Translations under genes and position numbers: made by a program
The notes under the pieces: generated by a model
What the model saw: only the letters and a program-made list of their open reading frames with translations
Databases searched by the model: none
What the model was told of the DNA's origin: nothing
Source: an uncultured Gemmatimonadales bacterium
GTDB lineage: Bacteria > Gemmatimonadota > Gemmatimonadetes > Gemmatimonadales > Gemmatimonadaceae
Assembly: GCA_963850905.1 (NCBI GenBank)
Contig: CAWKMU010000003.1
Span: 32,001 to 96,000 of the forward strand
Direction: 5' to 3'
Length of the DNA: 64,000 nucleotides
Part shown: positions 54,291 to 64,000 of the stretch, one piece after another
Layout of the letters: each line of letters starts with the position of its first letter
Numbering within the stretch: the first letter of the stretch is position 1

Positions 54291-55842
54291 CTATTGCCCC
54301 AGCACCACATGCGCCGGCCCACGCGGCAGCAACTCCGGCATGTTCGCCAGCTCGTACGCGTTCACCGCCATCACCGTAGCCGACCTGCTCCAGATCCTCG
54401 AGCACGATGTGGTCGTACGTGTCGGCCTGCGAGTGGTGCGTGTGGTTGTACCCGCGCGAGATCTGATCGTAGTTGAAGGCCGGCACGCCGTACGGCAGAA
54501 ATGAGAGGTGATCGGTGCCGGTCTTGTTCCGCACGCGCACGAGGAACGGGCCCAATGATCCAACGGGCGCAAACAACGACCGCCAGGTGTCGCGCAGGTC
54601 GTTGTGCCCCTGAAGCGAGATGCCCTCGACCCGCCCGGTCCCGTTGTCGACGACGAGGACGGCCTGATAGTTCTTGAGATCCCCCATGTGCCGCTCGGCG
54701 TACTGCTGTGAACCTAGGAGTCCCTCTTCCTCGCCGGTGAAGAGCGCAAACCGGATGGTGCGCGCGGGATGCACGCCAGCCGCCTTGAGAATGCGCGCGG
54801 CCTCCAGCACCGCGATCGCCCCCGCACCGTTGTCCGTCGCGCCAGTGCCCAGGTCCCACGAATCGAGGTGAGCGCCCAGCAGCACGACCTGGTCCGGCTG
54901 TGAGGTTCCGCGGATCTCGGCCAACGTGTTCGCGGCGTACACTGCGGTATCACCAAGGCTGTTGGCGATGTCCGCACGCAGGGTCGTACGGTTTCCATCG
55001 GCCAGGACCCGCTGCAGCATCGTGTACGTATCGTGCGGCAACACGACAAACGGCAGCGGGTACAGGACGCTCGGCGATCCGCTCATGGTGAGCAGCCCGA
55101 ACTCCTTCGCGCCGTCGCCCAGGATGCCCAGCGCACCGTCGTGCGCGAGCCGGGTGGCGAGCGTGGACCGAAAGTCGACGAGATCCGGGGAAGACGTCAG
55201 CGATGAGAAAGCCATCGCGGTGGAGTCCGCAGTCAACGTATCCGTCGCCGTCATGGGCGGTCCGTCGGAGTTCCAGACGAAGTTGGGACTGCGGGTCATG
55301 ACCCACTTGCCCTTCACCGCCGTCGTGAATTTCTGCTCGTACTCCGCGGGCGTGCGGGCGGTGAGATTGATCACGTCACCGGTCACCGGCCCGGCGGTCC
55401 CCGGCGCCCACGCCCACGAAGCGCCGAAGAGCTGTTGGGCGTGGGGCGCCAGCAGCGTCAGGGCAATCGGGCCCCGCTCCCACGGTCTGCCGAACCGCCA
55501 CAACTCGGTCCACGAACTGTCCATGCCGTATTCGTGAAACTTCCCGGCCGTCCACTCCGTGGCCCGCCGACTTCCCGGTGATCCCGTGAGGCGCGGCCCG
55601 ATGACGTCAGTCAAGTACTCGAGATCGACGCGCACGTGCGAGCGGTGCATGCCCTCTTCGTAGATCGCCCGCACGATGTTCGAGTCGGCCTTGACCGCGA
55701 GATGCAACTGCGCGACCGTCGCCGCCGTGTCAGCCACCGCCACCGTGGCCGGCGCACGTGCGCCAGCGGCGACGGGCACCGGCTGCTCGCCCGGCCGATG
55801 AATGGAACACCCAGCGATCGCCGCGATGACTCCCACTATCAT
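54291..55842 (-). CDS. M28 family peptidase (carboxypeptidase Q-like), frameshift near 54385
   Basis: IGPRLTGS, GAHLDSWD, ATDNGAG, GEEEGLLGS, TDH, HHSQADT. Confidence 0.88.
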
Positions 55843-55876
55843 CGCCCGCACTCGACCGCATACGGCCAGTCGTGGT

Positions 55877-56810
55877 CTACTTTCTACTTTCCGCATTTCT
55901 ACTCTCTCGGTCGCGCGCGCGAATGCGCCGCGCAATCTTCGCGCACAACAGCGTCGCGGCGATGAAGCTCGACGGATCGGCCAGGCCACGGCCAGCGATG
56001 TCGAGCGCCGTTCCATGGTCGGGAGAGGTCCGCGGAAATGGTAAGCCCAACGTCACGTTCACGGCCCGGCCAAACGACGCGACTTTGATGGCCGTCATGC
56101 CGACGTCGTGATACGGCGCGATGACGGCGTCGAACTCCCCGCGCATCGCCCGCACGAAGACGGTGTCGGCCGGAAACGGACCCATGATCTGCGCAGTGCG
56201 AGCCGCGGATGCGAGCAGTGTCGTGTCCTCGGTACCGAAGCGCCCGCCATCTCCCGCGTGGGGATTGAGGGCACAGAGCGCGATGCGGGGCTCGGCGATG
56301 CCAAACCACGCGCGCAACCCCTCGCGCGCAACCGTTGCAACGTCCACGATCGCCGACTCGGTCAGGGCGCGAGGGACATCGCGCAGTGGCAGGTGAGTCG
56401 TCGCCAGCACGACGCGCAGCTCGTCGGACGCAAGCATCATGGCGACCCGGTGGTTCGTCAGCGCGGCCAGCATCTCCGTGTGGCCAGGGTAGTCGTACCC
56501 TGCCGGCCAGAAGTGCGGCTTTGTCGATGGGCGCCGTCACGATGCCGTCCACCTGATCGGCTTGCGCGAGCACGACCGCGCGCTCGATCGCTCGACCGCC
56601 CAACGCACCCGCGAGTACGGCGCTGTCGCCCGCCTGCCAGGCGCCGACGACTTCCTGCACGTCGACGCCGCAGCCGGTCGGTCCGACGATCGTGAGCTCG
56701 GTCGCCTCACGCACCGCGGCGTCTGCACTTGCTGCCCGCACGATCTCCGGCCCGATGCCGCGCGGATCGCCGAGGGTGACGGCGAGTCGGACGCGACGCT
56801 GCGCGCCCAC
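55877..56810 (-). CDS. pdxA: 4-hydroxythreonine-4-phosphate dehydrogenase, frameshift near 56500
   Basis: GDPRGIGPE, TAPIDK, GHTE, LNPHAG, YHD, RTSPDHGTA. Confidence 0.92.
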
Positions 56811-56826
56811 GTCCCGACTCGCGGTG

Positions 56827-58530
56827 TTAGATCCTGATTTCGACGTACGTCTCTTTCCGGAGTGCATCGAGCAGGCGCGCGACTGCCCGCTCGTCCGCGA
56901 GTTGATCGCGAATCTTTTCGCGCCAGTCGGACACCGTGTACTGGCCACCGTTGTCCGAGGTCAGGATCTGGGCGATGACGTACTTGGCGTGGCCGGTGCC
57001 TCGATCAATGATCGCGAACGCCGAGACGTAGTCCCCCGCGACCTTGCCCGCAAACGCGCTGGAGTACGATGCCGGCAGGGAATCCCGCGGGAACGGTTGC
57101 AGGCTTCCCTTCTCCTCGTTGGCATCGTGGTAGCGCACCACGAGCGTGTCGAAGTTCGCACCAGCCTTCCAGAGCGCGAGCACACTGTCGGCCAGCTTGT
57201 GCGCCGCGACCACGTCGCCGCTGTCGATTTTCCAGCGAATGAGAATGTGACTCGCGTTCACTTCCGCGGGCTTGCGGCGATCCACCCGTATAATGTGGTA
57301 GCCGAAGACGGTCTCGATAACCGGGCTGAGCTGCCCAGGCGCGAGCGCGAACATCCACCGATCGAACTCAGGCACCATGTTGCCGCGCCGATTCCAGCCC
57401 AGGTCACCGCCCTGCTCCTTCGTGGTCTGGTCCATCGACTCGCGCTTCGCGACCTGCGCAAACTGCTCCGCGTCAGACCCGTTCTTCTTCAACTCTGCGA
57501 GGATGGAGTCCGCCTTCGCTTTCGCCGCCGCCTTCGCTTCCGGCGTCGGCTTGGGCGTAATCACGATCTGACGAAAGGTCACCGTAGCCGGGCGCTGCGG
57601 GAGCTTGTCCTTGGTCGTGTTGAACGCATTGTTGATGTCCTTCTCGCTCACACCGACCGGGATCAGCTTGCCGTCTTCCTTGATCTTCTGGATGACTTTG
57701 CGCTGCAGCTCCTGGCGCTTCTGGTTGTCGACGAGCGTCTTCCGATACTCTTCGACGTTCCCGAAGCCGGCCTTCTTCAACGCCGCGCGGAATTCCTGAT
57801 CGGACGAGAAATTCGCGCGCACGCGCTTGATCTGCTCATCCACAGCGGGCGCGACGTCATCGTCGGTGACCTCGACCTTGAGGTCTTTCGCCTTCTGCAC
57901 CAGCAGCTCTTCGTTGATGAGCTCATTCACGACGCTGCGGGCAACTTCCATCTGGCCCGCGGAATCGTTTGGCACGGACAACCCTTGCGAGCGCTCGACA
58001 TTGACCCGTTCGAGGACCTCACTCCAGAGAATCGGCTCGTCGCCCACGACGGCCGCCACCCGGTCCAGCGGGACGGTCACGGTCGCGGGATAGAGCAACT
58101 CCAGCCGCTTGATGTTCTCCAGAGAGTCTTGCTTGAGCTCATCCGGCGTCTTGGCAACGGTCGCCCCGGGCGCTGCATCGGCCGGCTTCGGCGGAGCGAG
58201 CTTTGGCACGCTGTCGGCGGCAATGGTTCCGGCGACCGGCGCCTGTGTCGTAATGGTCATGACCCGTCCGCCGGATGCCACGGCGGGCGCAGCAGTCGTG
58301 TCCGCAGGGTGCCCAGCCCCTGCCGTGATTCCGGACTGCGCAGCCGCTTTGGCTCCCGCGACCGAGTCTGCAGGAGCAGCCCCGGTGGCAGCAGCTTGCG
58401 CGGACGCCGCGCCGGCGACGACGACCGTCGCGGCCGCAGCAAGCATTACGGCAGCGGCCCACCTCGTCATGCGCGGTGGTCGATGCGCGTAACCTGAGCG
58501 TCCCCAATCGCTTACCTTATACGTTCTCAT
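56827..58530 (-). CDS. SurA-like peptidyl-prolyl isomerase
   Basis: DRVAAVVG, GGDLGW, ETVFGYHII; upstream of pdxA; start uncertain. Confidence 0.85.
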   Translation of the reverse strand: MRTYKVSDWGRSGYAHRPPRMTRWAAAVMLAAAATVVVAGAASAQAAATGAAPADSVAGAKAAAQSGITAGAGHPADTTAAPAVASGGRVMTITTQAPVAGTIAADSVPKLAPPKPADAAPGATVAKTPDELKQDSLENIKRLELLYPATVTVPLDRVAAVVGDEPILWSEVLERVNVERSQGLSVPNDSAGQMEVARSVVNELINEELLVQKAKDLKVEVTDDDVAPAVDEQIKRVRANFSSDQEFRAALKKAGFGNVEEYRKTLVDNQKRQELQRKVIQKIKEDGKLIPVGVSEKDINNAFNTTKDKLPQRPATVTFRQIVITPKPTPEAKAAAKAKADSILAELKKNGSDAEQFAQVAKRESMDQTTKEQGGDLGWNRRGNMVPEFDRWMFALAPGQLSPVIETVFGYHIIRVDRRKPAEVNASHILIRWKIDSGDVVAAHKLADSVLALWKAGANFDTLVVRYHDANEEKGSLQPFPRDSLPASYSSAFAGKVAGDYVSAFAIIDRGTGHAKYVIAQILTSDNGGQYTVSDWREKIRDQLADERAVARLLDALRKETYVEIRI

Positions 58531-58664
58531 GACGCCCCCTTCGCGCAACTCTGGCCGCGAGGTCGTGTGCAGACTGTCCGATTGACGGCGGCCGGCGGAT
58601 GGATCGATACCCTCGCCGAACGGTCTGTACCCCAACGCCCCGCCCTGGTTTCCGCCTCTAGTTC

Positions 58665-60188
58665 TTAGTGAGTACCCGGCGGAGGCGCGCCACCAGGCGG
58701 GGCGCCGGATGAGCCCGGACCACTGGGCGCCGGAGCGGCCCCCGGTGCACGGGGAGCAGGTCCACCAGGCCCACCAGGCAGCGGCACAGCCGATGGCGGC
58801 GCCTTCGCCGCCCGCGTCGAGTCGCTCTTCTTACGGATGTCGGCAGCTTGCGTGACGGCACGGTCGACGCCCGCCTCGTTGATCTCGGACGAGTAGGTCG
58901 ATCGCAGCGCCTGGTCAACTGGTTGCGCCACGTCGACGTAGCGCGCCTGCATCGCCACCATGCGCTTGAGGTAGTCGTCCACGCGCGCGGCGGCGATCCG
59001 GTCGCGGCCCGCGGCGGTCTTCGAGCTGTCCGCGAGTTCCTTGGGATCGATGCCCAGCTGCGTCCAGGCGTTCGTGATGAGCTGTACGTACGTCTGCCGG
59101 ATTGTGCTCATCTCGGCCGAGTCGAGCTTGACGCCAGCACTGTCGGCCTGACGGACCACCATCTCGTTCCTGACCACGTTGCGCACGAACACCGGAATCT
59201 GGCTGTCCGGCGCCGCATCCAGCTGTGCGCGCATCTGGGGCGGGAAGAGGCCCATCCACCGTGCCAACCGCGCCGCGGTGAAGTTGCCGCCGGCGTACGT
59301 GGCGATCGCGGTCTCGTCGGTCTTGTGCGCGTCGGGATCTTTGGTCACGGCACGCACGGTCGCGGCACCCGACGGCAGGAACTTGTAGTGCGACGCCGAG
59401 TCGACCCGGGTGATGTATTCGCTCTCCGCTTTCTGCATGCCCGCCTGTCCCAGCTTCCGCGCCACATCGTCGTGCGCTTCCGCATAAGTCGGCCGATAGA
59501 TCAGGTGCCAGCCAAATTGCGTGCGCACCGGTTGCGAGATCTCACCAGGCTTGAGCGTGACCAGCGCCTGTTCGAACGGCGCGACCATCTGACCGTGATC
59601 GAATGCGCCCAAATCGCCGCCGTGTTGGGCCGACCCGGGATCCTTGCTGTTCTTCTGCGCCACGGTCGCAAAGTTCGCCGGTGTCAGGCCGACGCGGAGC
59701 GCGACCGCTTTGCGCCGCACCGAGTCCACCGCCCCGGACGAGGTGTCGCCCTGCGGTGTCGTCAAGAGAATGTGTCGGGCGACCAGTACCTTGCCACTCG
59801 CGTACGCGGCCGCGTATCCCGCCGTGTCGTCACCTGACCACGTCTTGGACACTTGATCGAACCACTTCTTCGCGCGCGCGTTCGTCTCCATCCCCCACAA
59901 CGCTGAGTCCATCGTTTGCCGCGAATTGAGCGAGTCGTCCTGGGCGGCAGCGTGACCGAGCAGTTGGTAGTCCACCCAAATCATGGCCAGCTGGTGAACG
60001 AACTCCCGGTCCGTGGGCAGTCGCGAATCGCCAACCAGGGTCGAGAGACGATCGACCGACAACTCCTGCGGGCCTGCGCGAGCGACGACATCGACGTGCG
60101 CGGTCATCGCGTCCTTGAAACCTTTGCACCCGGCAAGGGCAGCGAAGGTGACGGTAGCAGCGGCCAGGAGGATGGAAGGACGTGGCAT
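58665..60188 (-). CDS. PpiC-type peptidyl-prolyl isomerase lipoprotein
   Basis: LAGC lipobox, ARHILL, DPGSAQHGGDLG, RTQFGWHLI. Confidence 0.85.
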   Translation of the reverse strand: MPRPSILLAAATVTFAALAGCKGFKDAMTAHVDVVARAGPQELSVDRLSTLVGDSRLPTDREFVHQLAMIWVDYQLLGHAAAQDDSLNSRQTMDSALWGMETNARAKKWFDQVSKTWSGDDTAGYAAAYASGKVLVARHILLTTPQGDTSSGAVDSVRRKAVALRVGLTPANFATVAQKNSKDPGSAQHGGDLGAFDHGQMVAPFEQALVTLKPGEISQPVRTQFGWHLIYRPTYAEAHDDVARKLGQAGMQKAESEYITRVDSASHYKFLPSGAATVRAVTKDPDAHKTDETAIATYAGGNFTAARLARWMGLFPPQMRAQLDAAPDSQIPVFVRNVVRNEMVVRQADSAGVKLDSAEMSTIRQTYVQLITNAWTQLGIDPKELADSSKTAAGRDRIAAARVDDYLKRMVAMQARYVDVAQPVDQALRSTYSSEINEAGVDRAVTQAADIRKKSDSTRAAKAPPSAVPLPGGPGGPAPRAPGAAPAPSGPGSSGAPPGGAPPPGTH

Positions 60189-60235
60189 TGAAGGATGGTG
60201 AAAGAGTAAGCGAACGGACTGAACCGCCCGCTGCC

Positions 60236-63200
60236 TCAGACCGCTGCGCTCTGTCGGAGCGCGCGGACCAGGCCGTCGAGCAGTTCCGTCCCGCCCGCAC
60301 GTGTTAATCGGAGCGACAACGGATGTGTGCGTCGAACTTCGGTGTGGAACTGGACGTCGTGGAACGCGGCGGACAAGGTCTTCATCCGCGGCATGGCGTC
60401 GGCGCGAAAGGTAATACGCGCTTCCGTCCCCCGCACCAGGATGCTCTCCACCCGCAAGCGGCCGCCCACGAGGCGCAAAAGCGCCTGGGCCATGAATACC
60501 TCCGCCGGCGGCGGAAGGGTCCCAAATCGGTCTCGCAACTCGGCTTTGAGCGCATCGACTTCGGCCGGCTCGGTGATACGCGTGAGACGCCGGTACACGT
60601 CGAGCTTGGCTTCTGGCAGCGGAATATATTCGTCCGGCAGGAAGGCGGGCACGTCGAACGACACATCTGCCGGCACGGGCTTGGGCGCGCCGCCGGCGTG
60701 CTGCACCCGGTGCACCTGCTCCTCGAGCATCCGCAGATAGAGGTCGAACCCCACCGCCTGTACGAAGCCGGATTGCTCGGGTCCGAGGATGTTGCCCGCT
60801 CCCCGTAGCTCCATATCGCGAAGCGCAACCCGGTAGCCGGACCCCAGCTCGGTGTGGTGCTCCAGGACCTGCAACCGGCGATCGGCCTCATCGTCGATCG
60901 CGTCGGGGACGAGGAGGTAGCAGTACGCGCGCCGGTGCGAGCGGCCGACGCGCCCACGCAACTGGTACAGCTGGGCAAGTCCCATCGTGTCGGCTCTGTT
61001 GACGAACATCGTGTTCGCGTTGGGCACATCGAGTCCGGACTCGACGATCATCGTCGACACCAACACGTCCACTTCACCGTTGACGAAGCGCCGCATCACC
61101 TCCTCGAGATCCCGCTCCCGCATTTGCCCGTGTCCGACGGCAATGCGCGCGCGTGGCACGAGGCGGTGCACGTGATCCGCGATGGCCACAATGGTCTCGA
61201 TCCGATTGTGCACGAAGAACACCTGTCCGCCGCGATCCAGCTCCCGCCCGATCCCCTCTTCGATCAGCGCATCGTCCCACGGCTCGACGAACGTCAGCAC
61301 GGGCGACCGGTCCCGTGGTGGGGTCTGCATCAGCGTCATGTCTCGCAATCCCGCGAGCGAGAGGTGCAAGGTCCGCGGAATCGGCGTCGCCGTGAGCGTG
61401 AGCACATCGGTCTCGAGACGCAGCTGTTTGAGCCGTTCCTTGTGCCGCACACCGAAGCGATGCTCCTCATCGATCACGATCAGTCCCAGCTCGCCGAACT
61501 TGACGTCGGTGCTCAGCAAACGGTGCGTGCCGATCACCACGTCGATCTTCTTCGCCGCAAGATCGGCCAGCGTGGCCTGCTGCTCTTTCGCCGTCTGAAA
61601 GCGGCTCAGCGCCGCGACGCGGAGCGGAAAGTCGGCATACCGGTCGCCGAACGTGCGCAGGTGTTGCTCCGCCAGGATCGTCGTCGGCACGAGCACCGCC
61701 GTTTGTCGCCCGGACTGCACGGCCTTGAACGCCGCACGCACTGCGATCTCGGTCTTCCCGTAGCCGACGTCCCCGATCAACAGGCGATCCATCGGACGAA
61801 TCCGCTCCATATCCGACTTCACATCGCCCGTCGCTTTGCGCTGATCTGGCGTGTCCTCGAAGAGAAACGATGACTCGAGCTGCCGCTGCCAGGCGCCATC
61901 GGGCGCATGCGGTGGACGGTGTGCGATTTGTCGGCGCGCATACAGGTCGAGCAGCTCCGTCGTCATCTCCTCGATCGCTGCGCGCGTGCGATCGCGCTGC
62001 TGCGCCCAGCGACGCCCCCCAAGCCGGTGCAAACGCGGAGGCGGCGCGTCCGCCGACACGTCCCGCGCAGCCCGGTACCGCTCCAGCTGGTCGATCCGGT
62101 AGAGCGGCACATTGAGGCGGTCGCCTCCCTCGTATTCGACCACCGCCACCTCGACGGTGCTCTCCTTGACGAAGATCGCCTCGATGCCGCGGAAGATGCC
62201 GATGCCGTGCTCGAGGTGGACGACATAGTCGCCCGGCTTGAGCGCCGTAACCGATTCCAGCGCCGTCCCGCCCGCATAGCGCCGCGCCCGCCGGATGCGT
62301 CGCTCGCGCCGGAAGATTTCGTGGTCGGTCAGCACACGCAGCCCCGACTCCGGACCGGTCGGCGGAACGACGAATCCGCCATCGAGCACGCCCACGGCCA
62401 GTGTGGCGGGCGACCCGACCGCGACGATGCCATCGCGCGTTCGCTCGGCCAGCAGCTCATCGAGCCGCTCGCACTGTCCGGCGTTGTCGCAGAGAATCAG
62501 CGTCGGCACACCGTCGCGTGCAATGCGTGCCAGACGGGTGATGTCCCGATCGATCGGATCAGCGGGACGGATCGGAAATCGCACGTCCGCGCCCTCGGGA
62601 TCGGCTTCCTCGATGATGGTGGCGTATGACCCGAGCGTGCCGAGCATCACTTCAGGCGGTTGGTACAGTTCCTCGCGTGATGGCGCATCTTCGCCGCGCC
62701 GCCGAGCCAGCTCCACGTGATGCTGGGCTTCCTCCCACGTACGTCGCAGCTCCGGCTCCAGATGCGCGCCGGTGGGGATCACGACGATGGTGTCGGGCGG
62801 AAACAGATCGGTGAGCGTGACGCGATCGATCGTGTCGGTGCCGGGCGCCGGTGCGTGCGCGCCATCGACCGGCAGGACGATGGCGACTTCCGCCGGACGC
62901 GTCGACCGTTGCGTCAATAGGTCGAAGTGGCGGAGCTCCGCGATCTCATCGCCGAAGAATTCCAGCCGCGCCGGATCCGCCATCCCGAACCCGTAGATGT
63001 CGAAGATCCCACCCCGGACGCTGAACTGGCCGACCTCTTCCACCATCGGGACACGGTCGAACCCGATCGCTTCGAGGTGGGTCGCGAGGTCCTGCGGCCG
63101 TGTCACGTCGCCCACCCGGAGCTCGGTTCGCGCCTCGCGAACGGCACCAGGGAGCCGCGTGCGTTCGAGGACGGCGCGAGCCGTCGTCAGCAGAATGTGC

Positions 63201-63547
63201 ACACCGCCGCGCCCAACCCGCTCCAACGTCTCCACACGTTCGCCCGCGACTTCGGCGTGCGGCTCCGCCTCGCCAAACCCCTCACGCGGCGGATACAGCG
63301 CCACCGCGGTGTCGCTCGTGAGCGACTGGAGATCGGCCAGCCACCGCTCCGCATCGGGCAGCCCCTGCGTGACGACGACGAAGAACCGCCCCGACAGCTG
63401 CCGCGCGAGTGCCGAGAGCAGCACTGCCCCGGACGATCCGGGCAGACCCGCGATGCGAATCCGTTCCCGTGGTCCCGGGAGCGTGTTGACGAGTCTCGTG
63501 AACGCCGGAAGCCGTTCGACCGCGTCAAGCAGAAGAGGAAGTGCCAC
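60236..63547 (-). CDS. mfd: Transcription-repair coupling factor
   Basis: CarD-like domain, GDVGYGKTE, DEEHRFG, TATPIPRT, QLRGRVGRS. Confidence 0.97.
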   Translation of the reverse strand: MALPLLLDAVERLPAFTRLVNTLPGPRERIRIAGLPGSSGAVLLSALARQLSGRFFVVVTQGLPDAERWLADLQSLTSDTAVALYPPREGFGEAEPHAEVAGERVETLERVGRGGVHILLTTARAVLERTRLPGAVREARTELRVGDVTRPQDLATHLEAIGFDRVPMVEEVGQFSVRGGIFDIYGFGMADPARLEFFGDEIAELRHFDLLTQRSTRPAEVAIVLPVDGAHAPAPGTDTIDRVTLTDLFPPDTIVVIPTGAHLEPELRRTWEEAQHHVELARRRGEDAPSREELYQPPEVMLGTLGSYATIIEEADPEGADVRFPIRPADPIDRDITRLARIARDGVPTLILCDNAGQCERLDELLAERTRDGIVAVGSPATLAVGVLDGGFVVPPTGPESGLRVLTDHEIFRRERRIRRARRYAGGTALESVTALKPGDYVVHLEHGIGIFRGIEAIFVKESTVEVAVVEYEGGDRLNVPLYRIDQLERYRAARDVSADAPPPRLHRLGGRRWAQQRDRTRAAIEEMTTELLDLYARRQIAHRPPHAPDGAWQRQLESSFLFEDTPDQRKATGDVKSDMERIRPMDRLLIGDVGYGKTEIAVRAAFKAVQSGRQTAVLVPTTILAEQHLRTFGDRYADFPLRVAALSRFQTAKEQQATLADLAAKKIDVVIGTHRLLSTDVKFGELGLIVIDEEHRFGVRHKERLKQLRLETDVLTLTATPIPRTLHLSLAGLRDMTLMQTPPRDRSPVLTFVEPWDDALIEEGIGRELDRGGQVFFVHNRIETIVAIADHVHRLVPRARIAVGHGQMRERDLEEVMRRFVNGEVDVLVSTMIVESGLDVPNANTMFVNRADTMGLAQLYQLRGRVGRSHRRAYCYLLVPDAIDDEADRRLQVLEHHTELGSGYRVALRDMELRGAGNILGPEQSGFVQAVGFDLYLRMLEEQVHRVQHAGGAPKPVPADVSFDVPAFLPDEYIPLPEAKLDVYRRLTRITEPAEVDALKAELRDRFGTLPPPAEVFMAQALLRLVGGRLRVESILVRGTEARITFRADAMPRMKTLSAAFHDVQFHTEVRRTHPLSLRLTRAGGTELLDGLVRALRQSAAV

Positions 63548-63701
63548 GATCGCTTTTTAAATGGGTCGGGGCGTCGCCCATTGGCGCCGTCCGCATCCGG
63601 CCGATCGGGCGGCGGGTAGGGGCGACGCAATGCGTCGCCCTCTTCTTCCGGCCGCACGGGGCCCGCTCCGCGGCGGGTAGGGGCGACGCATGCGTTGTCC
63701 T

Positions 63702-64000
63702 CTACGCCGCACGACGCAACGCGGCGCCGGACGCGGCCCCTCCCGACCGTCGTCGCGTCAATACGCTTTCGGTCAAGAGGAGCGCCAGGGCCAGCGCGAT
63801 GAAGAACGCAGCCAAGGACCGATCGGCGCGCGCGTCGAACACGGTGCTCGCCCACCGGCTCGGGTCCGTGTCCACGTGCACCGCGCTGCCTTTGAAATGC
63901 TTGGCCAACGCGTCGCTGGGGATGCGCGTGAGATCGGACTCGCTCGGCTCGGGATTGACCACGACCGCACCCACCCGGCTCCCCGCCCGCCTGAGGAAGT
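63702..64000 (-). CDS. C-terminal part of a membrane-anchored protein (BatA/vWA-associated type), partial
   Basis: VVNPEPSESDL...C-terminal TM ALALLLTESVL. Confidence 0.5.
   Translation of the reverse strand, partial: FLRRAGSRVGAVVVNPEPSESDLTRIPSDALAKHFKGSAVHVDTDPSRWASTVFDARADRSLAAFFIALALALLLTESVLTRRRSGGAASGAALRRAA

Larger units (their letters stand above)
40931..63705 (+). repeat. Dispersed GTAG-type REP palindromes (about 10 copies: 40932, 41539, 42238, 49236, 50957, 51588, 51696, 54176, 63616, 63677)
   Basis: GTAG-GGGCGACGC-AAT-GCGTCGCCC and GTAG-GGGCGGCC-TTCA-GGCCGCCC classes, all intergenic. Confidence 0.85.

Overview
GC-rich bacterial chromosome segment. The gene styles (ADOP-type permease, SusC/SusD, TPR-kinase remnant, tandem TMTC-like genes) suggest Gemmatimonadota; this is inference. 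The right part (about 40.9-64 kb) is ordinary backbone (typA, two TMTC-like glycosyltransferases, pilT, CDF, hemolysin, M28 peptidase, pdxA, two PPIases, mfd) with many GTAG-type REP palindromes. The left part (about 1.85-40.8 kb) is a tandem array downstream of a stand-alone tRNA-Ile(GAT) gene (40745-40818, minus strand). Six further exact copies of the tRNA 3' half (42-46 bp, all breaking at the anticodon loop or stem) divide it into seven units. Only the tRNA-proximal unit (8.8 kb) encodes a tyrosine integrase, excisionase-like proteins and a HUH rolling-circle Rep. The other units have no integrase and carry toxin-antitoxin pairs, phosphatases, SusCD/ECF, Fe-S genes and a permease. Every copy has a tandem arm-type repeat 93-110 bp to its right, in four sequence types. 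Four copies have, on their left where the intact unit has its integrase, the same module: a triloop hairpin, a long heptamer-armed hairpin with compensatory changes, and a four-helix-bundle (23S rRNA IVP/Avd-like) gene. This array and its module are the best candidate for an undescribed system. Many 1-2 nt frameshifts, including one in pdxA, look like long-read errors, so pseudogene calls are uncertain.
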